From Spirochaetia bacterium (GTDB lineage: Bacteria; Spirochaetota; Spirochaetia; CADAEX01): a stretch of DNA of 64,000 nt. Below the pieces are notes generated by a model. The model ran no database searches. It saw only the letters and a program-made list of their open reading frames with translations, and was not told the origin of the DNA. How positions within the stretch are numbered: the first letter of the stretch is position 1; each line of letters opens with the position of its first letter. The stretch covers positions 128,001-192,000 of the forward strand of contig JAZURI010000002.1 in NCBI GenBank assembly GCA_045606105.1, given 5' to 3'. The translations under genes and the position numbers were made by a program. Shown here one piece after another: positions 8,768-18,577 of this stretch.

Positions 8768-9404
8768 TTCCGGAATCCTTCAGCTCAGAAAGCTTTGATA
8801 CATCAAGATTTTTAAATTCCTTCTCTATGAGATTGACAAACATTCCAAGGATAAAGATATCCAGGAATACCTCGAAAAGTACTCCGGCATTGACCAGAAG
8901 CGGCATCTCCTTGGCTATGGAAAGGGAAAGAAGGAAAATTCCGTTTTCCATTGCAATGAATCCGATGATACTGGAAACAATGTTGTGTTTGACGGTTATG
9001 AGCCAGAGACAGATGATAATGGATGAAACCGACACTCCGAAATGAATCGGGGAGATGATCGGATAGGACTGAATCCAGTTCTGTGACAGGATACCTGCAA
9101 GAAGAACAAGGCTGGCTATGAGCAGTGAGAAAAAGTGAGGCTTGCCGGGAGCTTCATCCCTGAGCATACTGTGTTTTTTCAGGATCCTGGTCAGAAACCA
9201 CGGAATAAGGATAGCCTTCACACCCAGGGTTTCCAATGTAAGGAATATAAAGCTTCCAGGATGCAGCTTGTGGATTTCAGTACAGCAGATAAGGAACAGG
9301 AGAAGCCCCTGCCATACGAGAAGCCGTATGTGGGCCGCCAGCCGTCCCGTAGCTGCAAAATAGAGCATTGTAAAACCGAAAATTACTATAAGGCCGTTTT
9401 CCAT
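8760..9404 (-). CDS. HyfE-like membrane subunit
   Basis: KAILIP and MENGIFL motifs; position in operon. Confidence 0.85.
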   Translation of the reverse strand: MENGLIVIFGFTMLYFAATGRLAAHIRLLVWQGLLLFLICCTEIHKLHPGSFIFLTLETLGVKAILIPWFLTRILKKHSMLRDEAPGKPHFFSLLIASLVLLAGILSQNWIQSYPIISPIHFGVSVSSIIICLWLITVKHNIVSSIIGFIAMENGIFLLSLSIAKEMPLLVNAGVLFEVFLDIFILGMFVNLIEKEFKNLDVSKLSELKDSGND

Positions 9405-9405
9405 A

Positions 9406-10317
9406 TCAACCTCCGAAGCCGTTGGCTACAGCCAGGGCCAGAACAACAAGGGAAAGGGAATTCATGATGAAAACGAATTCAAACACACGGGACATCCTGA
9501 TTCGTGCCATGGCCGATTCCACGGTACCTATTATCAGGGAAATGATGACCACGATACCCAGATAAAGAGCCAGGGCAACAAGTATCGGAAGCTCCGGCGG
9601 AAGGATAAGGTTTATGATGATGGATGAAAGGAGCAGCATCTTTATGGAATTTCCCCATGTAAGGAGAGCCAGGTCGGATGCGCTGTTGTCAAGGATCATT
9701 ACCTCGTGGATCATTGTAAGCTCAAGATGGGTTGCAGGATCATCCACCGGAACCCTGGAGCCCTCTATAAGGATCATCAGCATTATGGAAACTGCGGTGA
9801 TAATGGTAATAAGAAGTCCGTAACCCTCGGCCACTGTTATCATGTTCACCACGCTGGCAAAGGTATAGTTTCCGGTAACCAGCATTATGGAAGCAAGAAT
9901 AATAAAGAAGGCAGGCTCGACAATGGTTGTGAAGCAGGCTTCACGGGAGGCTCCCATTCCTTCAAAGCTGCTGCCTGTATCCATGGCACCCAGCAGGGAA
10001 AAGAACTTTCCGATTCCGAGAAGATAGGCAAAAAGGATGAATCCTGCCTGGATATTTATTATGGTGGTTCCGTTTACCAGAGGAACGAAGGCAGAGGCAA
10101 ATATCACCGCACAGAAGGATGCAACCGGGGCAATGATAAATACTGCCGATGTGGTGGTGCTTATCACGAAATCCTTTTTCATGAGTCTTATGAAATCATA
10201 TAACGGCTGGAACAGGGATACCCCTTTACGGCCTCCCCAGAAGGCCTTTGTCTTTTTAATTATTCCCATCATCAGGAAAGGAACAAGAAGCACTACGGCT
10301 AAGTTAATAAAAATCAT
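9406..10317 (-). CDS. HyfC/NuoH-like membrane subunit
   Basis: QPLYDFIRL, DTGSSFEGMGASRE, RVPVDDPATHLELTMIHE. Confidence 0.9.
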   Translation of the reverse strand: MIFINLAVVLLVPFLMMGIIKKTKAFWGGRKGVSLFQPLYDFIRLMKKDFVISTTTSAVFIIAPVASFCAVIFASAFVPLVNGTTIINIQAGFILFAYLLGIGKFFSLLGAMDTGSSFEGMGASREACFTTIVEPAFFIILASIMLVTGNYTFASVVNMITVAEGYGLLITIITAVSIMLMILIEGSRVPVDDPATHLELTMIHEVMILDNSASDLALLTWGNSIKMLLLSSIIINLILPPELPILVALALYLGIVVIISLIIGTVESAMARIRMSRVFEFVFIMNSLSLVVLALAVANGFGG

Positions 10318-10326
10318 TCCGCCCCC

Positions 10327-12186
10327 TTAAAACCAGAAAAGACCGAGAATAATCAGCACAAGGAAGCCAAGACCGTACATTATGTAATGCTGCAGGTTTC
10401 CGTTCTGTATCTTTTCAAACCGGCTGAGGAAAGAGAGACTTCCCTTCAGCATTGGATTCAGTACATAAATCTCTTCTATATCAAGCATTGAAGATTCGTA
10501 ATGGGCGCTGTGAGGAAACAGCTTCTTAGGCCTGGCAATGTTGAAGACCTTCTTGAAAAGAGGTCCCAGCACCGATACCAGAGGCTTTCCGTAGGAGGAG
10601 GCTGTATACTGCATCCTCGGATCCGGTCTGTCATAACCGCATCCCCAGGTTTCGTATGAAGAGGCATGCTTCTTCATGTAGACAAGCTTGATTCTGACCA
10701 GAAGTGCCACCACTGCAATGAAGGTTACCGCAACCACGGAAATCACACTGAGGGTCTCCATCACAGAGAAGGCCTCGGCAGGGGGAACAAATCCAGCAAA
10801 TTGGCTGACAGGACCGGCAACAAAGCCGATAAACAGCTGAGGGAACATACCCACTGTAATGATAAGCATGGCAAGAATGCTCATAGGAAGTATCACTGCC
10901 TTGCCGGAGCTTTTCTTTTCGATGCGGGCAGCATCTGTTCTCGGCATTCCCAGGAAGGTGATACTGAACATCCTGGAGAAGCAGAGGATAGCCATGGTAC
11001 CGATAAGAGCCAGGGAGGCAAGTGCGAACATGAGAACCGTAATCGCATTGAAGCTGAAGATTCCCAGACCTCTGATTATTCCGAAGTAAATAAGGAATTC
11101 GCTGATAAATCCGTTAAGAGGAGGAAGACCGCAGATTGCTATTGATGCCACCAGGAAAAGAGCACCGGTAACAGGCATTGTCTTTATGAGTCCCCCCAGG
11201 GATTCAATATTTCTTGTATGTGTCTTAAGGTAAACGTTTCCGGCTGCAAAGAAGAGAAGCCCCTTGAAGAGGGAATGGTTGAAGACATGGAAAAGAGCAC
11301 CGGCAAAGCCCAGGAAGGTTACCAGCTGGCTTCCGTAGGAGATTCCCAGCATTCCCACACCGATTCCTATTCCGATGACACCCATGTTTTCGATACTGCT
11401 GGCTGCAAGGACACGCTTCAGGTCCCGCTGGGTAACGGCATGGAGTATACCGTAGAGTCCGGTAACGGAAGCAACTATAAGGACTGTATATGCAAGCCAT
11501 CTTTCAGGAACACCGATCATGTCAATGGTTCTGAGGATTCCGTAGATACCTGTCTTGATCATGACTCCTGACATGAGACCGCTGATATGGCTCGGTGCCG
11601 CAGGGTGTGCTTCCGGAAGCCAGTTATGGAAAGGAAAGAAGCCGGCCTTGATACCGAATCCGAAAAAAGCAAGAAGGAATACCACAGGAAGCGGTCCCCT
11701 GCTTTCGAAAAGGGCAAAGGAGGCTATGATGAAAAGGACGGAAACATGCATGAAAACCAGATAATGGATTCCGGCATTGAGAACTTCCTTTTTCTCATTT
11801 TCAAAAATAACCAGGAAAAATGAACTGAGAGACATTATTTCCCAGAAAACCAGGAACATGAGCCCGAAGCTGCAGGTTACAACCAGCTCCATGGAAGCAA
11901 GAAGCAGAAGGAAGAAAAAAAGATGGCTTCCTACCCTTTTCCCCTTCTCCCTGTATGGCTTCAGATAGCCGTTCATGTATATGGCAGCCATCAAGCCCAT
12001 CACTGCTATGACTACCAGGAAAAAAGCACTGAGCTGATCGATACATATCGCAAACCGTCCGAGAACGGGATTGAAGAAGAATTCAATTTTTAATGTTGTA
12101 CCAAAAAGCAAAACCCTCAATGCCACAATAAGCGACGGAAACACTATCAGTCCCGCTGCCACTGCTGCAATCAGAATCATATTCAT
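10327..12186 (-). CDS. HyfB/NuoL-like antiporter subunit
   Basis: WEIMSLSS, HNWLPEAHPAAPSH, GLPPLNGFISE, TWGCGY..MQYT. Confidence 0.9.
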   Translation of the reverse strand: MNMILIAAVAAGLIVFPSLIVALRVLLFGTTLKIEFFFNPVLGRFAICIDQLSAFFLVVIAVMGLMAAIYMNGYLKPYREKGKRVGSHLFFFLLLLASMELVVTCSFGLMFLVFWEIMSLSSFFLVIFENEKKEVLNAGIHYLVFMHVSVLFIIASFALFESRGPLPVVFLLAFFGFGIKAGFFPFHNWLPEAHPAAPSHISGLMSGVMIKTGIYGILRTIDMIGVPERWLAYTVLIVASVTGLYGILHAVTQRDLKRVLAASSIENMGVIGIGIGVGMLGISYGSQLVTFLGFAGALFHVFNHSLFKGLLFFAAGNVYLKTHTRNIESLGGLIKTMPVTGALFLVASIAICGLPPLNGFISEFLIYFGIIRGLGIFSFNAITVLMFALASLALIGTMAILCFSRMFSITFLGMPRTDAARIEKKSSGKAVILPMSILAMLIITVGMFPQLFIGFVAGPVSQFAGFVPPAEAFSVMETLSVISVVAVTFIAVVALLVRIKLVYMKKHASSYETWGCGYDRPDPRMQYTASSYGKPLVSVLGPLFKKVFNIARPKKLFPHSAHYESSMLDIEEIYVLNPMLKGSLSFLSRFEKIQNGNLQHYIMYGLGFLVLIILGLFWF

Positions 12187-12201
12187 TTTACTCCGGATAA
12201 A

Positions 12202-12234
12202 TTTTATAGTATATTTATTATATATACTATAAAA
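12202..12234. promoter_or_regulatory. perfect 13-7-13 inverted repeat, candidate operator
   Basis: TTTTATAGTATAT-ttattat-ATATACTATAAAA in the divergent ehr / BI-1 promoter region. Confidence 0.5.
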
Positions 12235-12303
12235 GGCTATTTGACAATCAGCTGATTTATTGCGATATTTAAATTAATAAAATTATTCAGGAGTGATCTA
12301 TCA

Positions 12304-13002
12304 ATGTTTGATTTTTCAGCAACAGGTGTACAGAGCGTACAGGAAAGAAGTCTCATAAGAAATGTTTATCTCTGGATGACAGCAGGACTTGCCCTTACCG
12401 CAGTAGCATCATTCTACATGATGAGCGATCTGGCAAGGCTGAACACCATCATGAAATCCGGAACTCTTTTCGGACTGTTCATTGCGGAATTTATTCTTGT
12501 GTTCATGCTTTCAGGAAGGATTCTCTCCATGTCTCCGCTTACTGCAACACTCTGCTTCGGTGCCTACTCCGTCCTTAACGGAATCACCCTTTCACCTATG
12601 CTCTATCTCTATACCCAGGCCAGCCTGACAACCACCTTTTTTGTTACTGCAGCCACATTCGGTGCCATGTCCCTCTATGCGGTTACAACAAAAAAGAACC
12701 TTGCCGGCATGGGACAGTACCTTTCCATGGGGCTTATAGGAATAATTATTGCCTCTGTGGTAAACATGTTCCTGGGAAGCTCATCCTTCGATTACATGAT
12801 CTCATTTGCAGGTGTCCTTCTGTTCTGCGGACTCACTGCCTTTGATGTACAGTATATCCTTAACATGAGCAGAAGCTATTCCGGTGCCATTGATGAAACC
12901 GACTACGTGAGATTCTCCATTCTCGGAGCCCTCAAGCTTTACCTGGACTTCATCAACATGTTCATTTTCCTTCTCAGATTTTTCGGAAGAAGAAACGACT
13001 GA
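12304..13002 (+). CDS. Bax inhibitor-1/YccA family membrane protein
   Basis: VYLWMTAGL, GLTAFD, ALKLYLDFINMF. Confidence 0.93.
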   Translation: MFDFSATGVQSVQERSLIRNVYLWMTAGLALTAVASFYMMSDLARLNTIMKSGTLFGLFIAEFILVFMLSGRILSMSPLTATLCFGAYSVLNGITLSPMLYLYTQASLTTTFFVTAATFGAMSLYAVTTKKNLAGMGQYLSMGLIGIIIASVVNMFLGSSSFDYMISFAGVLLFCGLTAFDVQYILNMSRSYSGAIDETDYVRFSILGALKLYLDFINMFIFLLRFFGRRND

Positions 13003-13541
13003 TGCGTGTTACCGGTGGTATCTATTCAGGCAGACAGGTGAAATGCCCCAAGGGGATTATCAGACCTTCCATGGACAGGATGAGGGAATCGGTATTCTCA
13101 ATTCTCGGCAATCTGGAGGGTCTCTCCTTCCTGGACATGTTCAGCGGTTCCGGTATCATAGGAATCGAAGCAGCCTCCAGGGGGGCAGAGCCTGTTGTTC
13201 TGGTTGAAAAGGACTTTATCAAGAAAAATGTCATAAAGGAGAATATATCCTTTGTGGAAAGTGAGATTTCTCTCCGTCTTATGTCGGTGGAAAGATATAT
13301 CCAGTGCATGCCGGACGGAAGCTTCAACCTGATTTTTCTGGATCCTCCTTTCCCAAGACAGAAGAAAAAGGACCTTATCTACAAGATCGGAGAATCGGAG
13401 CTTCTCAAAGAAAACGGAATACTCATGATTCATTATCCTCAGGAGGACAACCTGAATGAGGAACAGTTTGAGAAGTTCGACCTTATTGACGAAAGAAAAT
13501 ACGGCCGGTCAATTGTCCTTTTCTACAGAAAAAAGAGTTAA
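13002..13541 (+). CDS. rsmD: 16S rRNA m2G966 methyltransferase RsmD
   Basis: MRVTGG..IRPSMDRMRES, LDMFSGSG, EAASRGA, DPPF. Confidence 0.92.
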   Translation: MRVTGGIYSGRQVKCPKGIIRPSMDRMRESVFSILGNLEGLSFLDMFSGSGIIGIEAASRGAEPVVLVEKDFIKKNVIKENISFVESEISLRLMSVERYIQCMPDGSFNLIFLDPPFPRQKKKDLIYKIGESELLKENGILMIHYPQEDNLNEEQFEKFDLIDERKYGRSIVLFYRKKS

Positions 13542-14029
13542 ATGAAAATTACTGCCGGGAAACAGAAATGGAGTACCGCCAGGATTATTGCCCCTATTCC
13601 TATCATTCCCTTGAACTTTTCGGTAAATGAATAGAATTTGTTCAGTTTTTCGGAAAAATCCTCTTTCTCCTTCTTGATGACTATAACTTCAGGCTGCTCA
13701 CCGGCCCCTTCGGCAACGGTTTCAGCTTCAATAACGGAAGACTCATCTTTCTTGATGAGTTTGTCATGAAGGAAATAGAGACAGATTACAAGTGAAGAAA
13801 CTGCTATGAAAAGGTCTCCAAGCACAGGAACATCATCGCAGAATACGCTGATTATCTTGAACAGCCCTGTAATACCTGCAACAATTGCAAATACAAATCC
13901 GGTTTTCCCGTTGTCAAGAAATTCCTTGATTTTGGTAACGGCAGGGAATTTATTTGCAAAAAGCTCGTTTGCGAAATAGAATCCTCCGATAAGGTTCACA
14001 AATATTGCAAGAAAATAGAATTGTACCAT
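13538..14029 (-). CDS. hypothetical membrane protein
   Basis: GAGGAG RBS; about 4 hydrophobic segments. Confidence 0.75.
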   Translation of the reverse strand: MVQFYFLAIFVNLIGGFYFANELFANKFPAVTKIKEFLDNGKTGFVFAIVAGITGLFKIISVFCDDVPVLGDLFIAVSSLVICLYFLHDKLIKKDESSVIEAETVAEGAGEQPEVIVIKKEKEDFSEKLNKFYSFTEKFKGMIGIGAIILAVLHFCFPAVIFI

Positions 14030-14063
14030 ATGATGCTCCTCTCCTGATTAAATAATACAATCA

Positions 14064-14888
14064 TTATTGCTGAACAGTCAATTTGTTTTTTTCATCTTCC
14101 AGCATCCGGTCCACCACCTGAAGCTTTTTCCGGAGACTCTTTATTGCCTTCTCCAGCTTGTCCTTCTCGGCCTGAAGCCTGTTTACCGGTGACGGGATAT
14201 CCTCCGGTTCCGGAGCCTGCCGTACTATGTTGGTCTTCACGGTATCTCCCGACTCCCCTTCCAGGAATGCCTTCTCGGCCACTTCCCGCTTTGCCTCATC
14301 CTTTATGCCGGCCACTGTTTTCATGTTGTCATAGCCGATGGCAGGATTGATATCATACTGCTCTATCTTCAGCAATGTGCCTGCGGTTGTCTTTTCGATA
14401 CCTAACTCACGGTCCACATAGTCATCGAAGCTGAGATGCTTTTCCAGACATTTTTTTCTTACCTCCATAAGTACGGAGGCAAATTCCTTCATCAAGGTTC
14501 CGTTTTTAAGAAGAAATTCGTTCTTTATCCTTTCTGTAAGGGCAATGAACTCCTCATCCGTACGGAATGGATTGGAATAGACACCGAGCTCTTCTGCCCT
14601 GCGGAGCAGCTCGTGGAAAACGGCCCAGAACTTTCCGGTATGGCATCGGTTTGAAAGAACCACACCGCCGGACCTGTAAGTAACCACATGGTGGGCAAAT
14701 TCATGGATGGCAGTATACATCAGCTCTGCATCGGATTCCATGTTCTTGTTGTGAATGATTATTTCCTTGGTGGAAGGCATGTAGAGCCCGTTTACCTTTT
14801 TGCTTTTCTTTCCTGAAAAAAGCAATGTGAAAGGGGGAACATCCTCTGCAAGGCTTCTGAGTTTTTCTGCTACCTGATCCTGATTCAT
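14064..14888 (-). CDS. SprT-like zinc metallopeptidase-domain protein with C-terminal coiled coil
   Basis: AIHEFAHH (HExxH) followed by CHTGKFW. Confidence 0.7.
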   Translation of the reverse strand: MNQDQVAEKLRSLAEDVPPFTLLFSGKKSKKVNGLYMPSTKEIIIHNKNMESDAELMYTAIHEFAHHVVTYRSGGVVLSNRCHTGKFWAVFHELLRRAEELGVYSNPFRTDEEFIALTERIKNEFLLKNGTLMKEFASVLMEVRKKCLEKHLSFDDYVDRELGIEKTTAGTLLKIEQYDINPAIGYDNMKTVAGIKDEAKREVAEKAFLEGESGDTVKTNIVRQAPEPEDIPSPVNRLQAEKDKLEKAIKSLRKKLQVVDRMLEDEKNKLTVQQ

Positions 14889-14892
14889 TCCA

Positions 14893-16107
14893 TTACTCTC
14901 TGTAAATTATTCCTTTAAGCTCTTCCATGAAGGACTTGTCCTGTCTTGCCGCACTGAGAAGCTTGGAAAGGGCTGTTTCTGCCATGCTTTCCATGGATGC
15001 TCCCTCTGCCTTGTATTCATCTGTCTGCAGCACATAGATAACCACACCGTTCCTGTCGGATATGTGGAATGCACCGCTGAGTGCAGTGCTGTAAACACCC
15101 TGGGCATTCAGCACTGTTTCTCCGGTATAGAGCTCCAGCTCGATGTTGAACTGCTCCTTTGTACCCGGTACCACCAGATTAAGCTCAGCCTCATCGCCGG
15201 TAATGAATTCACGGAACATGTCAGCCAGTCTGTCGGAATAGAGTTCTTCCTCCACCTTGATATCCGCAGTGACGGAAATACGCTCCACATGGAAATGAAG
15301 CGGAACCGAAGGAACATATTCCAGCCTTGAAAGCAGCTCCTTGTTTCCGATTCCAAGTCTTACGGTATAGATATGGTTTCCCAGAGTCTTTTTCTTTTCT
15401 GCGGCAAAGCTTCCGAAATAGATACCTTTTTCGTTTGTCTTTATAGTATCAAAAACCTCACCGTTTTCCTCAAGAATATCCAGGGAGATTACTCCGGGAT
15501 TGTCTCCTGTTCCGGGTCTGACCTCGGTGAAAAGATTAAATCCCTCGCCGTATTCGCATCTGGCATTGGCCGGAGAAATGGAAAGCTTTGCGTTGTCCAG
15601 GAGATTGTTCAGCCTTTCTGTTACAGTTGCTGTCTCCATGGAAAAATAGGATGAGGAGGAGGCAATATCGTAGGCATTGCACAGAACTCCCAGCTTATCG
15701 GCAAAAGTAAGGGCATCGTTATATTTTTCCAGTGTGGAATGGAGTCTCTCCTCTTCTGAAGACTGGTCCTCCACAAGGGCGGATTCGGCATCGGTCTTAA
15801 GAAGACGATATCTGATTGTATGGGTTCCCAGCATTGAGGATTTCTTGATATCGGTCTTTTCCAGACAGCGGGCTCTGAGAGTCTCTCCCACCTTTTCAAG
15901 CTGGAATTCTTCCTTTACCTGAAGAAACATCTCCTCCATGGCACCTGATTCAAGCTCTGCCAGCTCAGCCTTCTTTCCCTTGGCTTCAGCGACAAACCAT
16001 TCATCATCTCCGGAATCGGACTTGAACCATCCTGTAAGGGATTCACAGCCGGAAAACAGGAACAGAACTGCAATAATCAAATAAAATAATCGGAATTTGT
16101 TTCTCAT
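14893..16107 (-). CDS. hypothetical lipoprotein
   Basis: MRNKFRLFYLIIAVLFLFSG-C signal and lipobox; start moved to ATG 16107. Confidence 0.8.
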   Translation of the reverse strand: MRNKFRLFYLIIAVLFLFSGCESLTGWFKSDSGDDEWFVAEAKGKKAELAELESGAMEEMFLQVKEEFQLEKVGETLRARCLEKTDIKKSSMLGTHTIRYRLLKTDAESALVEDQSSEEERLHSTLEKYNDALTFADKLGVLCNAYDIASSSSYFSMETATVTERLNNLLDNAKLSISPANARCEYGEGFNLFTEVRPGTGDNPGVISLDILEENGEVFDTIKTNEKGIYFGSFAAEKKKTLGNHIYTVRLGIGNKELLSRLEYVPSVPLHFHVERISVTADIKVEEELYSDRLADMFREFITGDEAELNLVVPGTKEQFNIELELYTGETVLNAQGVYSTALSGAFHISDRNGVVIYVLQTDEYKAEGASMESMAETALSKLLSAARQDKSFMEELKGIIYRE

Positions 16108-16124
16108 AAAATATAGAATAGGGG

Positions 16125-16153
16125 AAAAAAAACGGGCTGTCAAGAACAGCCCG
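16125..16153 (-). terminator. rpsU terminator, overlapping the downstream promoter
   Basis: CGGGCTGT-tcttg-ACAGCCCG-T8. Confidence 0.85.
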
Positions 16154-16174
16154 ATTATTGAAAAACAGATAAAA

Positions 16175-16384
16175 TCAGTAACTTTTTGTTGACTGCATCT
16201 TGCGATTTTTTTTCATCTGTTTTCTGAGAATTGCTTTTTTCTTGCGGGTATTGATTGTGGAAGGTTTCTCATAGTATTCTCTTTTCTTCCATTCTCTGAT
16301 AATGCCCTCTTTTTCTACCATTCTCTTGAAACGTTTAAGCGCTTTTTCCAAAGATTCGTTATCGTCTACTTTTACAAATGCCAT
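16175..16384 (-). CDS. rpsU: 30S ribosomal protein bS21
   Basis: [21 protein letters not shown]. Confidence 0.96.
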   Translation of the reverse strand: MAFVKVDDNESLEKALKRFKRMVEKEGIIREWKKREYYEKPSTINTRKKKAILRKQMKKNRKMQSTKSY

Positions 16385-16429
16385 TGGAAATCACCCCCTT
16401 TGGTAAACCAGTCCGTAAATATGTTCAAT

Positions 16430-16458
16430 ATAATAAGCAAAACAGGAAATTTTGTCAA
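16430..16458 (-). promoter_or_regulatory. sigma70 promoter of rpsU
   Basis: TTGACA-17-TATTAT. Confidence 0.7.
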
Positions 16459-16462
16459 TTCC

Positions 16463-18577
16463 TCAGACCCGTTCCATATCCTGAATTACCAGCTGAGGAG
16501 TAACCTTGTTCCTGAAAAAGTTGTTTTCTATCCTGAAAATGACATTTACCCTGTCACCTACCGAAAATTCCTTTACCCTGTCGGAGCTGTTCCAGAAGAT
16601 TGCAGGCCAGAGATTCTTTCCCGAATCCAATGTGAATTTCAGATGTCCCGATTCCTTCTGCCCCACTATATCCATTACCTTGATTACCAGCTTCTTGGCC
16701 AGGAAAAACAGGGGTGGATTGCTTTCTCCGTAAGGAACCAGCTTTTCGGCCACATCCAGGATTGCCTCTGTCAGATATCCCTCCGGCAGCTCTGCATCAA
16801 TCTCTATGGCAGGCTTGTCCGGAATCTCGATTCCCTCCTCTTCGGTAAACTTCAGAAGATGCTTTCTGAAGGAATCGATATCATCGGCCTTCAGGGAAAA
16901 GCCCCCTGCAAAATCGTGTCCGCCGTAATCGATGAAAAAATCGCGGCAGTAATCCAGAAGAGGCATGATGGAATAGTTTCTTACGCTTCTGACCGATCCC
17001 ACAGCCTTGTCGTCCATTATGGAATAAATAATGGAAGGAACATTGTAATAATTGGAAAAACGGGCGGCAAGAATACCGGTAATACCTCTCGGAACCCCTT
17101 TTCCCCCGGTACAGAGAAGGGAGCTTGAATAGCTTTCCATGCTCTCCTTTGCACTGTGATGAAGCTTGTCCCAATACTCCTCTCCCAGCTTTTTCCGCTG
17201 CTTGTTAAGGGAAAGTATCTCATCGGCCAGCAGCTTTACCTCTGCTATATCCCTGCTGAGGAACAGCCTTACCGCCTTGGATGGAACACCCATGCGTCCC
17301 GATGCATTTATGACCGGGGAAACATACCAGGCTATATCGGCGGTGGTTATGGTCCTGTCAATGAGCTTCTGTCTGACCAAAAGCTCGTGGAGCCCCGGAA
17401 TATCGGAAGAAATCATGTTCCTGAGACCCTTTCTGACCATAATACGGTTTTCATCCTTCAGCGGCATGAGATCGGCAACGGAGCCGAGAGCCACCAGCGG
17501 GAGAATCTTTTCATATTCGGAAGAAAGGTTCTGGTATCTTGAATAAAAAACAGATCTGAAAAGAGAGACAAAGATATCAATTTCCGAGGTTTCTCCCGAT
17601 TTGTACCTGCTGTCCAGACTCATTTCACGCATTCTGAGAAGTCCCATTCCCTGAAGCTGAGGATAAAGCTTATAGACCTCTGAAGCAAAATCCAGGGTCT
17701 GCAGCTCGGTGTTCGGAAAAATCTCGCTGAAAACTGCTTTCTGCTCCCTGGCACCGAAGGTATATATATAGGAGCCGGTCAGGAAGTTCATGAGCCTGGT
17801 GGATTCAGGCCCTTTGAGAATGTCGGGAACTATCACTTCCCTTACCCTGGCCACCTCTGCAAGATTGCACAGCTTTACAGCCTCGAAAATATATGTTCCC
17901 CTGACTCCCTGTCTTATATGAAGAAGGGTCACGCTCTGCTTGTAGTACCCTGTGGCGGCAAATTCCAGAGCCCATATAACCTTGGAGACAACTCCGCAGC
18001 CGGCAAGATCCCTGAAAGGATAACCGCAGTCCGGTACCTTTGGATTTATTATGGCGGCACACTCCGGAAGCTCCTCAGGTGCGGTATGATGGTCCAGAAC
18101 CACGGTATCGATACCGAGACCTGCTCCATAGGCTATCTCCTCCTTGTTTGAAATACCGCAGTCCACTGTTATGATAAGGGTTACATCCATAGATGCGGCA
18201 TAATCCACAGCCTCTTTTGTAAGGCCGTAAGGTTCATCCCCCTCAGGAACCTTCCACAGGGTTTCGATACCCATGGAGCTGAGTTTCTGTGTAATGAGAA
18301 CAGTAGAGGTTATTCCGTCGGCATCCCTGTCGCCGAAAACCATAACTTTCTCCCCCTCGGCAGCTGCATCCAGGATTCTGTCCACAGCATCCTCCATCTG
18401 ACTGAAACAGAAAGGATTGTGAAGATACCTGGTTTCATCCTGCAGGAAGAATTTGATATCCTCGGGTCTGGTTATTTCCCTTCTGACAAGGATAGAAGCA
18501 AGCAGCAGGGAGATATGGTATTTCTCGGCAAGCTCCTTTACATCCTGTGTGTCAATAAATTTCTTGTTATATTTCAT
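16463..18577 (-). CDS. recJ: ssDNA exonuclease RecJ (long form)
   Basis: GDRDADG, TVDCG, DHH, LGSVADL, GGHDFAGG. Confidence 0.95.
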   Translation of the reverse strand: MKYNKKFIDTQDVKELAEKYHISLLLASILVRREITRPEDIKFFLQDETRYLHNPFCFSQMEDAVDRILDAAAEGEKVMVFGDRDADGITSTVLITQKLSSMGIETLWKVPEGDEPYGLTKEAVDYAASMDVTLIITVDCGISNKEEIAYGAGLGIDTVVLDHHTAPEELPECAAIINPKVPDCGYPFRDLAGCGVVSKVIWALEFAATGYYKQSVTLLHIRQGVRGTYIFEAVKLCNLAEVARVREVIVPDILKGPESTRLMNFLTGSYIYTFGAREQKAVFSEIFPNTELQTLDFASEVYKLYPQLQGMGLLRMREMSLDSRYKSGETSEIDIFVSLFRSVFYSRYQNLSSEYEKILPLVALGSVADLMPLKDENRIMVRKGLRNMISSDIPGLHELLVRQKLIDRTITTADIAWYVSPVINASGRMGVPSKAVRLFLSRDIAEVKLLADEILSLNKQRKKLGEEYWDKLHHSAKESMESYSSSLLCTGGKGVPRGITGILAARFSNYYNVPSIIYSIMDDKAVGSVRSVRNYSIMPLLDYCRDFFIDYGGHDFAGGFSLKADDIDSFRKHLLKFTEEEGIEIPDKPAIEIDAELPEGYLTEAILDVAEKLVPYGESNPPLFFLAKKLVIKVMDIVGQKESGHLKFTLDSGKNLWPAIFWNSSDRVKEFSVGDRVNVIFRIENNFFRNKVTPQLVIQDMERV

